A DNA stretch of 64,000 nucleotides from Octopus sinensis (GCF_006345805.1 NC_043003.1:16554001-16618000); one strand, 5' to 3'; shown: positions 13,149 through 27,335, numbered from the stretch's first letter. Notes: generated by a model not told the origin, from the sequence alone. Numbers and translations: made by a program.

Positions 13149-13369
13149 CAATAATCCCTCGACAATTGCAGGTGTTATGCTCCACCACCACCCTGCGATA
13201 GGTGAAAAACCGCAAAGTAGAAACAGTACTGTATATATTTTTAAAAATTATTTTTATAATTTCTATATATTTATTTTATTATAAATGCAAAACAAAACCA
13301 CGAAGGAATCGACGTAAGCTAAAACAATAACCCGTGATAACTGAACCGCGATATGGCGAGGGACGACTG
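13149..13369. mobile_element. Tigger/pogo-like MITE, internally deleted
   Basis: TIRs CAATAATCCCTCG and CGAGGGACGACTG with flanking TA; interior matches one end of 22401-23039. Confidence 0.75.
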
Positions 13370-13954
13370 TAAATAGATACTTCGCCGTCGTCGTCGTTGT
13401 CGTTATTGTTATTTAGGCGCAAATCAGCCTCGATCGAGGAGACACACTCTCAGCTTTATCTAGTATATCCTTCCTCGTTTAAAAACGGTCAAGTGTGGTT
13501 TGAGAGAGATTTGGTTACGATTTCTAGCTTACGGTTCAACCACATCGAAGCTCCTCTTATAGTTTTGGCGTACGTGCAACTCATAGACATTAATTTAATC
13601 TCTTCGTTAAGGAAAATAATTGCGGGAAAAAAAACAAAACAGACAAAAAGACAGAAACGAATAAAAAGAATATGAAAAACAACGCTATGTCGTAATATTT
13701 ATTGAAATGCATAGGAAAAATGATTACATTACAATTTCATAGCAGAGACAGAATCATGATTTTAATTAGATTTCTAAAAGCGGCAGAAGAAGTATATAGT
13801 TTATAATAATGACAAGTTGACAATTGTGACGGTCAGTTTCGTTGCAGGAGAATATGATATATCGTATTGCTTGGGAACATTGTGTTCCGAACATGTTGCA
13901 CATCACGTAGCAGGCAAGAAATACCTTTCATTTCAAAAGCTAATACTGATAATA

Positions 13955-14018
<64 letters not shown>

Positions 14019-14040
14019 GAATAATAATAATAATAATAAT

Positions 14041-15104
14041 GACATGCCCCGATGCAGTACCAGGCAGTGGGCTGTCGTGGCTTTTGATCTTAACTGATTG
14101 CAAGTGTTATCACGTACACTGTTTTGTGTTGGTATAAAAGATGAGGCTACAGCAATTATTCTGCTCAATACCTATTTCTTTATTACCCACAAGGAGCTAA
14201 ACACAGAGGGGACAAACAAGGACAGACATAGGTATTAAGTCGATTACATCGACCCCAGTGCGTAACTGGTACTTTATTTATCGACCCCGAAAGGATGAAA
14301 GGCAAAGTCGACCTCGGCGGAATTTGAACTCAGAACGTAACAGCAGACGAAATACCGCTAGGCAGTTCGCTCGGCCTGCTAATGATTGTGCCATTTCGCC
14401 ACCGTGCTCAATACCACAGATTTACTTGTCAGTTGTTTGACCTTAACCAGTTGAGCATGTCCCTATGTGGCTGACGATATGTGCATCTCTGATCGCGATC
14501 AGAAGTAGTGGGAGAGCATCATAGCCAGGTGTTGAGGGGGATTCCTTGGGGTTTGAGTAATTCACCTTTGCAAACATGGGTGGTTAGTTGAGCATCCTTA
14601 AACAACCCTTATTCACGGACCTTTTGAGCGGGATGAGTTACTCGACTAGAAGAAAATTCTAACTGGGCCCCACCTGCAAGGTCATACGCTGTTTGTCTTG
14701 ATATGAGATCACCATGTCCCTATGTGGCTGACGATATGTGCATCTCTGCATCGCGATAAAAAGTAGTGGGGGGGGGGCATCATAGCCAGGTGTTGAGGGG
14801 GATTCCTTGGGATTTGAGTAATTCACCTTTGGAAACATGGGTGGTTAGTTCAGCATCCTTAAACAACCCTTATTCACGGACCTTTTGAGAGGGATGGGTT
14901 ACTCGATAGACGAAAATTCTAACTGGACCCCACTTGCAAGGACATGTGCTGTTTATCTTGATATGAGATCACCTGTCGCGCACATATGGCTGTGATGCAT
15001 GTGCCTGGTGTACACTTATCAGAAGGGTAGACATGATGGGTATAATGGGCTTCGTATATTTGTACCCCAGTGTCACTTTAATGGCATGCACTGCTCTCTC
15101 ACTC
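14041..15104 (+). mobile_element. Family D non-tRNA retroposon, longest copy, with nested SINE A and an internal duplication of about 260 bp
   Basis: Begins right after (AAT)n and ends ctctcactc(AAT)n; interrupted by SINE A at 14173-14403; segment 14458-14718 repeats at 14719-14975. Confidence 0.85.
14173..14403 (-). mobile_element. SINE family A inserted into family D
   Basis: TSD tgctcaatacc at 14162-14172 and 14405-14415. Confidence 0.85.
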
Positions 15105-15150
<46 letters not shown>

Positions 15151-15592
15151 TCTGCTCAATACCACAGATTTGCTTGTCAGTTGTTTGACCTTAACCAGTT
15201 GAGCATGTCCCTTAGTGGCTGACGATATGTGCATCTCTGATCACGAGCAGAAGTAGTGGGGGAGCATCATAGCCATGTGTTGAGAAGGATTCTTTGGGGT
15301 TTGAATAATTCACCTCTGGAAACATGGGTGTTTCGTTCAACGTCCTTAAACAACCCTTATTCAGGGACCTTTTGAGCGGGATGGGTTACTCGATCTGAAG
15401 AAAATTCTAACTGGGCTCCACCTGCAAGGTCATGTGCTGTTTATTTTGATATGAGATCATCATGTCGCGCACATATGGTTGTGATGCATGTGCCTGGTGT
15501 ACCCTTATCAGACGGATAGTCATGATGGGTATACTGGGCTTCGTATATTTTACCCCAGTGTCACTTTGATGGAATGCTCTGCTCGCTCACTC

Positions 15593-15627
<35 letters not shown>

Positions 15628-15757
15628 CGTCGCGCACATATGGTTGTGATGCTTGTGCCTGGTGTACCCTTATCGGACGGATAGTCATGATGGGTATACT
15701 GGGCTTCGTATATTTTACCCCAGTTTCACTTTGATGGCATGCACTGCTCTCTCACTC
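15151..15757 (+). mobile_element. Two 5'-truncated family D copies (15151-15592 and 15629-15757)
   Basis: Both share the 3' end and are bounded by (AAT)n. Confidence 0.85.
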
Positions 15758-16036
15758 AATAATAATAGTTTTTTCTACTCTAGGTACAAGGCCCGAAATT
15801 TTTGGAGGGAGGGAGCCAGTCGATTAGACCGACGCCAGTACGTAACTGGTACTTAATTTATCGACCCCGAAAGGATGAAAGGCAAAGTCGACCTCGGCGG
15901 AAATTGAACTCAGAATGTAAAGACAGATGAAATACCACCGGGCGAAATGCTTAGCGAAATTTCGTCTGTCTTTACTTTCGGAGTTCAAATCCCGTCGACG
16001 TCAACATTGCCTTTAATCCTTTTGGGGTCGATAAAT

Positions 16037-16112
<76 letters not shown>

Positions 16113-16146
16113 GTAATAATAATAATAATAATAATAATATTGATAA

Positions 16147-16690
16147 TGTCGCGCACATATGGTTGTGATGCATATGCATGGTGTACCCTTAATAATAATA
16201 ACAATAATAATAATTGTCTTGGTATTAAAGATGGGCCACAGCAAATATTCTGCTCAATACCACAGATTTACTTGTCAGTTGTTTGACCTTAACCAGATGA
16301 GCATGTCCCTTTGTGGCTGAAGATATGTGCATCTCTGATCACGAGCAGAAGTAGTGGGGGAGCATCATAGCCATGTGTTGAGAGGGATTATTTGGGGTTT
16401 GAATATTTCACCTCTGGAAACATGGGTGGTTCTTTCAACATCCTTAAACAACCCTTATTCAAGGACCTTTTGAGCGGGATGGGCTACCTAACCTGAAGAA
16501 AATTCTAACTGGGCTCCACTTGCAAGGTCATGTGCTGTTTATTTTGATATGAGATCATCATGTCGCGCACATATGGTTGTGATGCATGTGCCTGGTGTAC
16601 CTTTATCAGACGGGTAGTCATGATGGGTATAATGGGCTTCGTATATTTTACCCCAATGTCACTTTGATGGCATGAACTGCTCCCTCACTC
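16147..16690 (+). mobile_element. Family D fragments (16147-16190 and 16214-16690)
   Basis: Same sequence as the copies above, again bounded by (AAT)n. Confidence 0.85.
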
Positions 16691-16726
16691 AATAATAATA
16701 ATAATAATAATAATATACACATATAT

Positions 16727-17040
16727 GTGGAGGCGTAATGACCTAGTGGTTAGGGCAGCGGATTCGCGGTCGTAGGATCGCGGTTTCGATTCCCAGACCG
16801 GGCGTTGTGAGTGTTTATTGAGCGAATACACTTAAAGCTCCACGGAGCTCGGACAGGAAGTGGTGGCGATCTCTGCTGTACTCTTTCGCCACAGCTTTCT
16901 CTCACTCTTTCTTCTGTTGGCCTGCTCGCTTAGCCAGCAGAGTGGCGTCATTTGAAGGCTAAAACAATGCGAAGCGCATTGTGACCAGCGATGTGTAGCA
17001 ACACCTGATAGCGTGGTCGGTCACGTGATCACGTGATATA
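16727..17040 (+). mobile_element. SINE family E, tail type 1
   Basis: A box tgacctagtggttagg and B box ggtttcgattccc; tail ends tcacgtgatcacgtgata(TA)n. Confidence 0.8.
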
Positions 17041-17491
17041 TATATATATATAAGTAGGGTAAAACCCAAGCAATGTTCTCTTGAAACATCTGTAATGGTG
17101 TATAAATAACACCAAAAATATTTTCCAACTTCTTGCTTTGTTTTATATGTGTGTGTGTGTGTTTGTGTGTGTATAAAACACAAGAATGGCAATTTTTAAA
17201 TCACAAATTTAAAATTCCCAATAAACTCAGTCTCAAAAGTACCACACGTCCATGGAAATCTGTAAGAATTCAGCTTTAGATTAGTATCTGCTCCACTATA
17301 TTAAATTATATGCAAATATAGTTACATAAAAAGCTTGCTCATATAAGCTAACTAATCTAAATTTGTATATATGTATGTGGGTGCATGAATGTGCGTAAGT
17401 GGTCTCACAGCGCATGCTCACACACATGCACGTGATTTGCAAACTTCTATATATTCGGCACCCGCTCGACGCCGCGAACCATTGCTAGTGT

Positions 17492-17527
<36 letters not shown>

Positions 17528-18879
17528 CATATACATAATTTCCCAATATATTTTTCGATATGTTTATTGTATGAACATTTTATTACACACACATACGTCC
17601 GCATATGCGTATCGGCCCGTGTATGTATATATGTGGTTATTTGTTTTTGTGTGCGTCTGTGTGTGTGTGTATGTGTGTGTGTGTGTGTATTGCCTATTTT
17701 ACAATGCAAAGATAGAAATATCTTAAAACGTCCACTACGTAACGAAAAAAGTTTATACTTTGCAAAATGGACGCCATAAAAATAAGAAATCTCGATGTTT
17801 TAAATCCCTTGTTCAGTAAGTTTTTCTTCTTCCTTCTTTCTTTAGTTTTAGATTTACAATACTTTGTTGAAATATTATTCTTCTGTGTATTAATGTGATA
17901 TCATGATATCAATTATCTCCGAATTTATGACCAAAAAATAAATATATAAAAAGCATCGAGAGATTAAGAAGTTTTTATCTTCTTTATATTTTGCTCGTTT
18001 TTTTTTCCTTCATTTTAATTTCAGTTTTTATATTTATCTATTTTTCTCATATTTTCTTGATTTTTGTCTGTGTTCTAATGGAACAGATTCATAGACGAAA
18101 AGTTGAAACACTGGAATAAAGAAAAAAAAATGTTGAGAAAAACTTATATATAAAACAAACCGCAAATATTTATGTTAGTTTTTAGTTTATCACTGATAAA
18201 TAACTGACAAATCAATTTATAATCCATTGTTGGAAAACTACATCCACGTTTTGGTACACCAGTAAATGTATCGTTAACAGTCTGGAGGCTAAATTACATT
18301 TTATCTCGTATGTATATATATATATATAATCTTTGGATTTTATCATAAATTTTTAATGTTTATCTTAACTAAGAAGTATATTCCAGATAATCGAGAAAAT
18401 GGTGGAAAGTTAAATATATATTATAAATAAACCAGTATGCGAAGTTATGTCCATGTCTGATTAGCATTTACTTATTGAATAAATACTGGGTATTCCGGTT
18501 AAATTTGATGTTTTTCTTGTCTATTTTTTTGTCAGGAACAACTTGATGTATTAGTGAACGGTCAACGGCGCTGGAGAACATAAAGTTGTAGTTGCAAAAT
18601 CTGAATATTGAAAAAGAGTTACCTGTGTCATAATTCGCGCCGTCTATGAAAATGCTGATGTCATGACTACTGCCCAATGCTCAATGATCTGTGTAGGTAA
18701 TGACTCTTTCGCCACAACTTTCTCTCACTCTTTCCTCCTGCATCTTGCAGCTCACCTACCACAGACCGGCGTCCCGTCCATGTGGGAAACCCATACACCA
18801 AGGAAACCGGGAAACCGGCCCTTATAAGCCAGGCATGGCTCGAGAAGGAACAAACAATTTAGATAAAGAATCTCCGTCC

Positions 18880-19551
18880 CAAATAGAAGCAATATACGAA
18901 CCAAAAAATATTACTTGTGGTCACTTTAATGTAGCTGTCATCTAAGAGACGATGATGATACTGCCATTTAACCCCAGGAAGACATCCATTTCAAGTGGTT
19001 TATTCAGTGCGCTTTTCACACCCGATATTTATTGTAAGCAGGATATAACCCCTGCCTCCCTGACTTCAAGAGCACCAGACAACGTGGTTTCAATCTGTAT
19101 TGGATCTCCTCGGTGGTGGTACTTGTTGCCAGACATGACAGCAGTTTATTTTGCTTATAATATATAGAAAATACAGTGTCATACAGTCACTGATTTTGAA
19201 ACTACGAAACCGTTCCGTTAGAAAATCTCTGTTCGTGATAATAACAACAGATTACAAGCGAGGCAATCAATAGATTACAAGTGAGACAAACTGCTGTCAT
19301 GCATGGCAACGAGCACTCACCACCGAAGAGATCCAGTACAGATCGAACCACGTAATCGGGTAGTCTTGAAGCCAGAGTGGCAGGAGTTATCTCACACTTG
19401 CAATAAATATCGGGTGCGAGAAGTGCACTGGATAAACCAGTTGGTGGAGATGTCTTCCTGGGATTAAATAACAGTATCCCCGTCTCTTAGGGGACAGCCA
19501 CATTAAAATGGTCATAAGCAATTCTTTTTGGTTCGTATATTGCTTCTATCT
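18880..19551. repeat. Old foldback (inverted) element, probably PLE-derived
   Basis: About 18880-19150 is the reverse complement of about 19288-19551, roughly three-quarters identical by eye. Confidence 0.75.
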
Positions 19552-20499
19552 CGAACAGACATCCACAGTAAAGTGGCCATAAGCAATACGTTATTTAGAT
19601 TCTTCAAAAGATATTTTATGATTTAACGGTTGGAGTGTGGGGTAAAGGATTTTAAGCAGAATTTCTTTACTTACTGATCCAAAGTGTTACAATGCAATTA
19701 CGTATATATTCATTCTTAAAATGTTCAGGGAGATTTGAACATGAATATGCTCAAAGTTGTTATATTTTTCCTTCAGAGTACAAATTCACCCTTCAGATGA
19801 TGCGTTGACAACAGACATGATTTTCAATAACAGTTTCAAGCACAGGACACAATATTCAAATTATTGCATTCCCATCAATATATTTATCAATATGTACTAA
19901 GTATACCTGGTATCTTTTACTTGACTCAATCATTGGACTGCGGCCATTATGGAGCACGGGTATTCAGTGGTTTGTCAAGCAAATTTACCCCAGGATTTAT
20001 TATTTTTAAGCCTGATACATAGCCCATTGATCTCTTTTGCCGAACCACTAGGTTACTAATCAACATCAGTTGTCAAGCTGTGGTGGTGGGGACGACAAAC
20101 ACAAAGACGTACACACATACACACATATATATATACACAAACACACACATACACAAACACACACATACACAAACACAAACACACACACATACACAAAATG
20201 AATTAATAGAGTGACAGGGGCAGTGTTAATACCCGAAGATAAAATACTCACCACTCAAAAGTGGATGTTGCATTAAAACAAACAAATACTGCAATGTTTA
20301 CCAAGAGAGAAAACTCTCATATGGTTATATAGTGCATAAAAGCACATCAGAGCTATCGCCAGGGGTAGACAATCACCGCTACTTCCGCCGCTCGTACTAC
20401 CAGATCACGTGATTTCGGCCTCATTTGGCCTTTTCTATGATATAACCAAATCACATAATTTGGTAGTCCACACGGTGGAGGTAGTGGTGTTGACTGTGG

Positions 20500-20673
20500 C
20501 CACGCAGGAGCACCGCCTTTGGTCGATCGAGCAAATCGACCCCAGGACTTATTCTATCGGGCTGTTTAGCCGAACCGGTAAGTTACGGGGACGTAAACAC
20601 AGACACACAAATATATACACACACGTACATATACACACACACACTAAACACACACACACACACACACACATAC

Positions 20674-20745
<72 letters not shown>

Positions 20746-20922
20746 TATATACATATATACGACGGGCTTCTTTCAGTTTCCATCTACCAAATCCACTCAC
20801 AAGGCTTTGGTCGGCCTGAGGCTATAGTAGAAGACACTTGCCCAAGGTGCCACGAAATGGTACTGAACCCGGAACCATGTGGTTGGTAAGCAAGCTACTT
20901 ACCACACAGTCACTCCTATGCC
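20500..20922 (-). mobile_element. SINE family C
   Basis: Head, internal (CA)/(TA) tract and tail all match family C. Confidence 0.85.
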
Positions 20923-21235
20923 TATGATATACTTTTAAATACCATGTAACCATATGAAAGTTTTCTCTCCTGATAACAGTATTTGTGTGTTCTAACGCAA
21001 CGTCCACTTTTAAGTGGTGAATACACACACACATAGGTGCAGATGTAGCAGTGTGGTAAGAAGTTTGCTTCCCAAAATGCCACGAAGTAGGACTGAATCC
21101 AGAACTATGTGGTTGGGAAACAAAATGGAGTTATAGTGTCATAATAAAAAGAAAAAGATTAAGAAACAAGCCATGAATGACAGATCAGAAGAAAATTCTG
21201 AATCGCTGTACACAAATGTAGAATTCACACCGAAA

Positions 21236-21629
21236 TCTCTCTATTATAAAGCTGAAGTAATCCGTGTATGGCAGGTTTGGTAGCCTTCAACTAACACTAT
21301 CTCCTTCGAGACCCTGCGGCGCAAGATGACCAAAATTGAGAGTATGATAGAAGAAGGATTGCTCTTCCTTCCGTAGAGGAAAAAATTCAAATCGAACCAT
21401 GTTAATATCAAAAATTATTTACATCAAAAAGGTACTTTTTTTTCTATGAAATTCCCTATTTTTTACGAATTTTTTTTACTGCTGTGTCGCCATTTTTCAG
21501 TGTATTTCAACCAGAAAAATGTTCACTTAAAGAGAATAACAAGCTACATAATGCAAAATTTCTACTTTTCAAAAATTCCAGTTCTAAAGAGTCGAAATAA
21601 ACCCGAGCAACGCCGGGCGATACTGCTAG
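21236..21629 (+). mobile_element. Non-autonomous Helitron
   Basis: a|TC at the 5' end; aaacccgagcaacgccgggcgatactgCTAG|t at the 3' end, identical to the 3' end of 8231-8622, but the body differs. Confidence 0.85.
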
Positions 21630-22400
21630 TAATTTTAAAAGATAAACTAGAAGCCATCACCGAATGAAAGGTGATTAGGCCCGAGGACAATGATAATCAT
21701 GAAGAATTCATGGAAATTAAATCAGTGCATATTAAAAGCTGAAAGCTACCACAGTAAATGTGACCCAAGTTATTATTATGATGAAGTAATGGAAGAAATA
21801 CAAACGTTAATAATATTGTGGGTGGATGATTTGAATCAGAAACGAGAAACTATCTGCTGACTGAAGATATTACACGAGATAACAGCCTAGGGCTATAAAA
21901 TTTTTACTAAATTTCGCGGGTGAGAATTAGTCAGTTTTTAGAATTTTATAAGTTAAATTTTATTTATTTATTGTATATGTGTAATGAAATAAATATATGC
22001 TAGATCTATTTATAAAAACTTATTTAAGAGAAAATATATATTTTTTTTTTAGAGACTGGAAATGATCAGAATTCTCTTGATAATAATGGATTGATTCCGA
22101 GCCGATTTCGTTTCCTCCACTTCAATCACATACGTACGCACACGTGCGTGCACACACACTCACAGACACACGCACACACGCACGAACGCACACGCACACA
22201 CGCACGAACGCACACGCACACACAAACACACATCCAACCACACACATAGAAACACGAACATACACACACACATGCATCGGCTCGGCAAAAGCTATCGACA
22301 GAATAGGTGCTAGGCTTAAAAAATACTAATTGCTGGGGTCGATTCATTCTTCAAGGCAGTGCCCCAGCATGGCCGCAGTCTAATAACCGAAACAAGTATA

Positions 22401-23036
22401 CAGTAATTACTCGCCATATCACGGTTCACCTATCGCGCCCTCAGTACATCGCGTATTTTCCTGGATAATATATGTTATTTTCCGCTGAAGTCGACTTTGC
22501 TTTTCGCCCTTTCGGGGTCGATAAATTAAGTACCAGTTGTATTCTGGAGTCAATCTAACCGACTGGCCCCTCCTCCCAAATTTCATGCCTTGTGCCTAGA
22601 GTAGAAAAGAATATATGTAAATTTATATCGCTGACTTCTCAGTATATCGCGGGTTTCTGCGGCCGATAGGTTTTTATATTTTTTAAATGTTAATTATTTC
22701 TGTGGTAAAATAAGCATTTTCATGCCTAAAAATTAATAAATTAATAAATAAAAATACAGTACAGTACTGCAGTGTATAACACTTTAATTAAAATATATGA
22801 AAAGGAAATATGTAGAGCACCATAGATGAGTAAAAAAACAATTGCACATACTGTATGGAAAACGAAACTCGGGAGGCAAGTGTGTTGTTTTGTTTTGCAT
22901 TTATAATAAAATGAAAATATACAAATTATAAAAATAATTTTCAAAATATATACAGTACAGTACTGTTTCTACTTCGTGGATTTTCACCTATCGTGGTGGT
23001 TTTTGGAACGTAACACCCGCAATAGTGGAGAGACTA

Positions 23037-23039
<3 letters not shown>
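22401..23039. mobile_element. Tigger/pogo-like MITE with a nested SINE A fragment
   Basis: TA|CAGTAATTACTCGCC at one end and GGAGAGACTACTG|TA at the other; SINE A piece at about 22480-22612. Confidence 0.75.
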
Positions 23040-23135
<96 letters not shown>

Positions 23136-23289
23136 AACTCTCAGACAACATATACTCTGGGAGTGTCTTCTTATTGTAGAAGAAATAGCTAAGTTCTTTG
23201 ACTGATATTTCTAAAGTTCGGTATGTGGCGAAGCAAATTTTGCTGAACCCTAATTATAATACACTCATAATTATAAAAAAAAATATTGT

Positions 23290-23616
23290 TTTATATATAT
23301 ATATATATATGTATGTGGTGGTTCAATAAATTATGTGATTGAGTATTATCTGGTAATTGATATTTGAATTAGATGTATTTCTCCATTTTCTTATCTTGTA
23401 TATATGTATATATATAGTATATATATATATATGTATATGTATATATATATATGTATATATATGTATATATATACATGTATATATATATATATATGTATAT
23501 ATATACATATATATATATATGTATATGTATATATATATACATATATATATATATGTATATGTTATATATATGTATATGTATATATATATACATATATATA
23601 TATGTATATGTATATA

Positions 23617-23649
<33 letters not shown>

Positions 23650-23666
23650 GACCATATATATGTATG

Positions 23667-23718
<52 letters not shown>

Positions 23719-23738
23719 GTATATGTATATATATATAG

Positions 23739-23805
<67 letters not shown>

Positions 23806-23838
23806 GTATATATTATATGTATATATATATATGTATAT

Positions 23839-23876
<38 letters not shown>

Positions 23877-24021
23877 CAGCAGACAGACAGACAGACAGAG
23901 ACAGAGAGAAAAAGAGGGTGAAATACTTTTTATCAAGTGAATGGCGACGGTATTTCCAACTGGAAAACGATTGCATTAGTGTATTTACAAAATTACCTAA
24001 AAGTAAGTAGTGATGGTGGTA

Positions 24022-24086
<65 letters not shown>

Positions 24087-24128
24087 TGGTGGTGGTGGTG
24101 GCGGTAGTAGTATTAGTAGTAGTAGTAG

Positions 24129-24164
<36 letters not shown>

Positions 24165-24204
24165 GGTGGTGGTGGCGGTAGTAGTAGTAGTAGTAGTAGT
24201 AGTA

Positions 24205-24236
<32 letters not shown>

Positions 24237-24245
24237 TAGTATAGA
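23290..24245. repeat. Compound microsatellite block (TA/TATG, GA/GACA, GTA/GTG)
   Basis: Read directly from the sequence. Confidence 0.95.
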
Positions 24246-24584
24246 ACAAAAGAAAAGAGATTATTAGCTAAATTAAAATGTCGAGAAACTCGTTAGTATT
24301 AACATTTGAATATATGCAACTGAAAATGTTAAGTAGTTTAGAAAACGTTCGGTATTTTCCTGCGTTCACTTTTAAATAGAAAGAAAAAAAAATGAAAAGC
24401 TAAAAGTGTAAATATCGGTTTATTTCACGCACCGCTGAATCGAGTTTGCGGTAAATTTCTTTCCAATTGATGCCGTAGAAGAATCGTGTACGTTGATGTA
24501 TTGGTGTTGTTGTTATTGCTATTGCCGTTTCTGTTCGTCATTGGACTGCGACTTATAAAATGGCGCTCCAAAACGTGACTATTA

Positions 24585-25104
24585 CCGTAAATCCTCGAGT
24601 ATAGTCCGCCCTTGAGAATAATACGCAGGGGATTTTTAGGGGGCTGTAACTCTGAAAAACCTAAACCAGTGTATGATACGCGCCCCTTCTCTAACTTGAG
24701 TCAAGGAGGTCTATATAACGTCCTTGGTTTGTAAAAATGCATATGGTAACGTCCTTTATTATTATTGTATATATAACATAATGCAAACGTGTAGCTTTTT
24801 CGTGCATTTTGTTTGCAGAAAATAAAGAAATAACAGTAATAACAGTAATAACGTTTAATAAATCTTGCTTATTGCATGTTATGGATGATTCTTTTATGAC
24901 TTCATTGCTTTCAGGCTTAGCTTAACGTATTTTCGCACCTGACATCACAAAATGCGTCTGAATAAACATTGCCGGACAGCAAATAGAGACTCGGACATTG
25001 CTTAGAAAATAATTTTCATTTTTAACTTCGTATATAGTACGCACTAGGGATTTTGACCTTTAAATTTTGGGGAAAAAATGCGGATTATACTCGAGGATTT
25101 ACAG
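24585..25104. mobile_element. Tc2/pogo-group MITE (520 bp)
   Basis: TA|CCGTAAATCCTCGAGTATAGTCCGC and GCGGATTATACTCGAGGATTTACAG|TA; second copy at 40208-40723. Confidence 0.85.
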
Positions 25105-25249
25105 TAAATCGCTTTATTTCAAACAAACTTTGTCCACTGTGCTCGTCTTCCATTTTGTAAGACACTGAGGGAGATTTGGCTGCAATTTTTACAAGTCGAA
25201 CGGCCACGTAGAGGCTCCCATCTTTGTTAATGAACATTTTGTCTTTTAT

Positions 25250-25652
25250 CTTTTACTTGTTTCAGTCATTAGACTGCGACCATGCTGGGGCACCGCCTTG
25301 AAGAATTTTTAGTCGAATGTATCGACCCCTGTACATATCTTTTTGAAGCCTGGTACTTATTCTATCGGTCTCTTCTCTCTGAACCGCTAGGCTACGGGAA
25401 CATAAACATACCAGCACAGGTTGACAAGTGGTAACGGGGGTGGGGACAAACACAACCACAAAGACATACACACACAAACAAACACGTATATGCATACATG
25501 ACGGGCTTCTTTCAGTTTCCGTCAAACAAATCCACTCACAAAGCTTTGGTCGGCCCGAGCCTATAGTAGATGACACTTGCCCAAGGTGCCACGTAGTGGG
25601 ACTGAAACCTGAACCATGTGTTCGGGAAGCAAGCTTCTGACCACTCAGCTAC
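25250..25652 (-). mobile_element. SINE family C
   Basis: Family C head and tail with a short internal (CA) tract. Confidence 0.85.
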
Positions 25653-26625
25653 ATAAACAATATTTCGTAATTATAATGTTTAATATCGATTTTATTTAGC
25701 ACAAGTACTTCCTCGCTCGCGCGCACACACACACGCATGCGCTCGTTTACACACATTGTTTTGTGTTGTATAGTCTTGTTTATTTTTCTCCTAATCGAGT
25801 TTTGTTTTATATAATTTTATCCCTAGAGAACGATTTGTTTTATTTTTCCTGTCATTCTAGTTTTAACCATTCATCTTTGCCTTGCCTTCTGTTTTTTTTT
25901 CCTTCCATCTTTCATTTCCCATATTTTTTCCCTTTTTTTACTATGACCCATCGATATATGCACATGGGAAAAGCAACACAAAACAGCTTATAATTAACCA
26001 GCTCTTTTATGTGCCTGATATACGTCCAGGTGTCTTTCGCTTTGAATGAAAGAATCTAAGATAAAGAGGAAAAGGTAAGCATGAACTTTACTTGACCGTA
26101 TGCACATTTGCTAACACAAAGATCTATACATATAGGTACTAAGTCGGGTGCTTAAGAGGCTTAAGCCATTAATCGTATGTAAATATAGAGCAGTTATTTC
26201 AGATAGGTTTGAGATGTTCCTTGAGAATATCTTAGAAGAGCGTTACTCTCGGTAACAAAGTGTCTGAAGGATCCAAGATTCGGAGTATGGAGGCTCATCT
26301 AATAAAAGACAGACTGGAAAAACAGATCATTTGTGACATCTTAACGATTACTGGCTCCGAATTAAGTTTTCTATGGAAGTTTTCTATGCGCGGACTAACC
26401 ACAAGCTTATAAAAGCATTGATGAATTAACTGATGAATAGCATAAGTGAAAGAAGTATTGATAGCAAATCGTATCGCTGATCACTCGCAGGGCTAAAAAG
26501 CTACCGCACAACCGGGAAGGCAAAAGTACGTATGTGAATACATCTTTCGTGTTTAAGTGCGTAATTATACGTATAGATATAAATTTATAGAAATTTGCTA
26601 CATAAATATACATATATATGAATTA

Positions 26626-26658
<33 letters not shown>

Positions 26659-26683
26659 GTGTGTGTGTGTGTGTGTGTGTGAT

Positions 26684-27335
26684 TGTTCAGTTTTATTTCA
26701 AGATTTCTTGCCAATAGAGAAAGAGCCGGTTTCTAGCCTAGATCCAAGGATCCTTCATTGGAATTTCAACATCAACAAGGTATTTTTGTATGTATGTATG
26801 TATGTATGTATGTATGTATGTATGTATGTATGTATGTATGTATGTATGTATATATGTATGTACTTATGTATGTATATGAGCAGATTTGTATGTTTTGCTT
26901 TATGTATGTACTCTCATGCATATAGTTGCATATCTAGACATGCTTATATATATTTAAATGATAAATTTCTGAAAAGTTTTACAGATTTTTACAGTTCCAA
27001 TGACGGACTGGATCTGTGGTCTTCGAATTAGCTTTCTCCTTTCTGATTTTGAGAAGCCTAATTTCTCAAGATTGGTTTTTAGGCAGTGTGTTACATATTC
27101 CAGTGCCCCAATAATTACAGGTATAAACCTGAACTTGTAATCCGGATAGAGTAACTGCAGATTTCTCAATAGTTCAGCGTAGGTGTTCTCTTTTTCACTG
27201 CCTTCAGCTTTATGTTAACATCCGCTGGGAAGCTAATTTCCACAACTGTAAACAGTTTATCTTCTCTATCCCAAATCATTATACCAGGTCTGTTCTGCTT
27301 ACATTTTACTAAGGTCTTTACTGTGAGAAACACCT
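26684..27335 (-). mobile_element. Non-LTR retrotransposon 3' end with restriction-like endonuclease (R4/NeSL/CRE type)
   Basis: Minus strand reads KCKQNRPGIMIWDREDKLFTVVEISFPAD..EKENTYAELLRNLQLLYPDYKFRFIPVIIGALE (decayed RPD..E..K.Y..P..IGALG); 3' UTR contains (CATA)n and ends aataaaactgaa next to (CA)n. Confidence 0.8.

Noticed and set aside
18468-18700. Host exon in ORF 18468-18677
   Set aside because: The candidate AG/GT pairs I tested on both strands enclose stops in all frames; more likely decayed transposon sequence.
23323-24249. 308-aa ORF and the many other IY/YI, HT, CV and poly-N/poly-I ORFs in the track
   Set aside because: These are translations of (TA)n, (CA)n, (TATG)n and (AAT)n microsatellites that lack stops in some frames.
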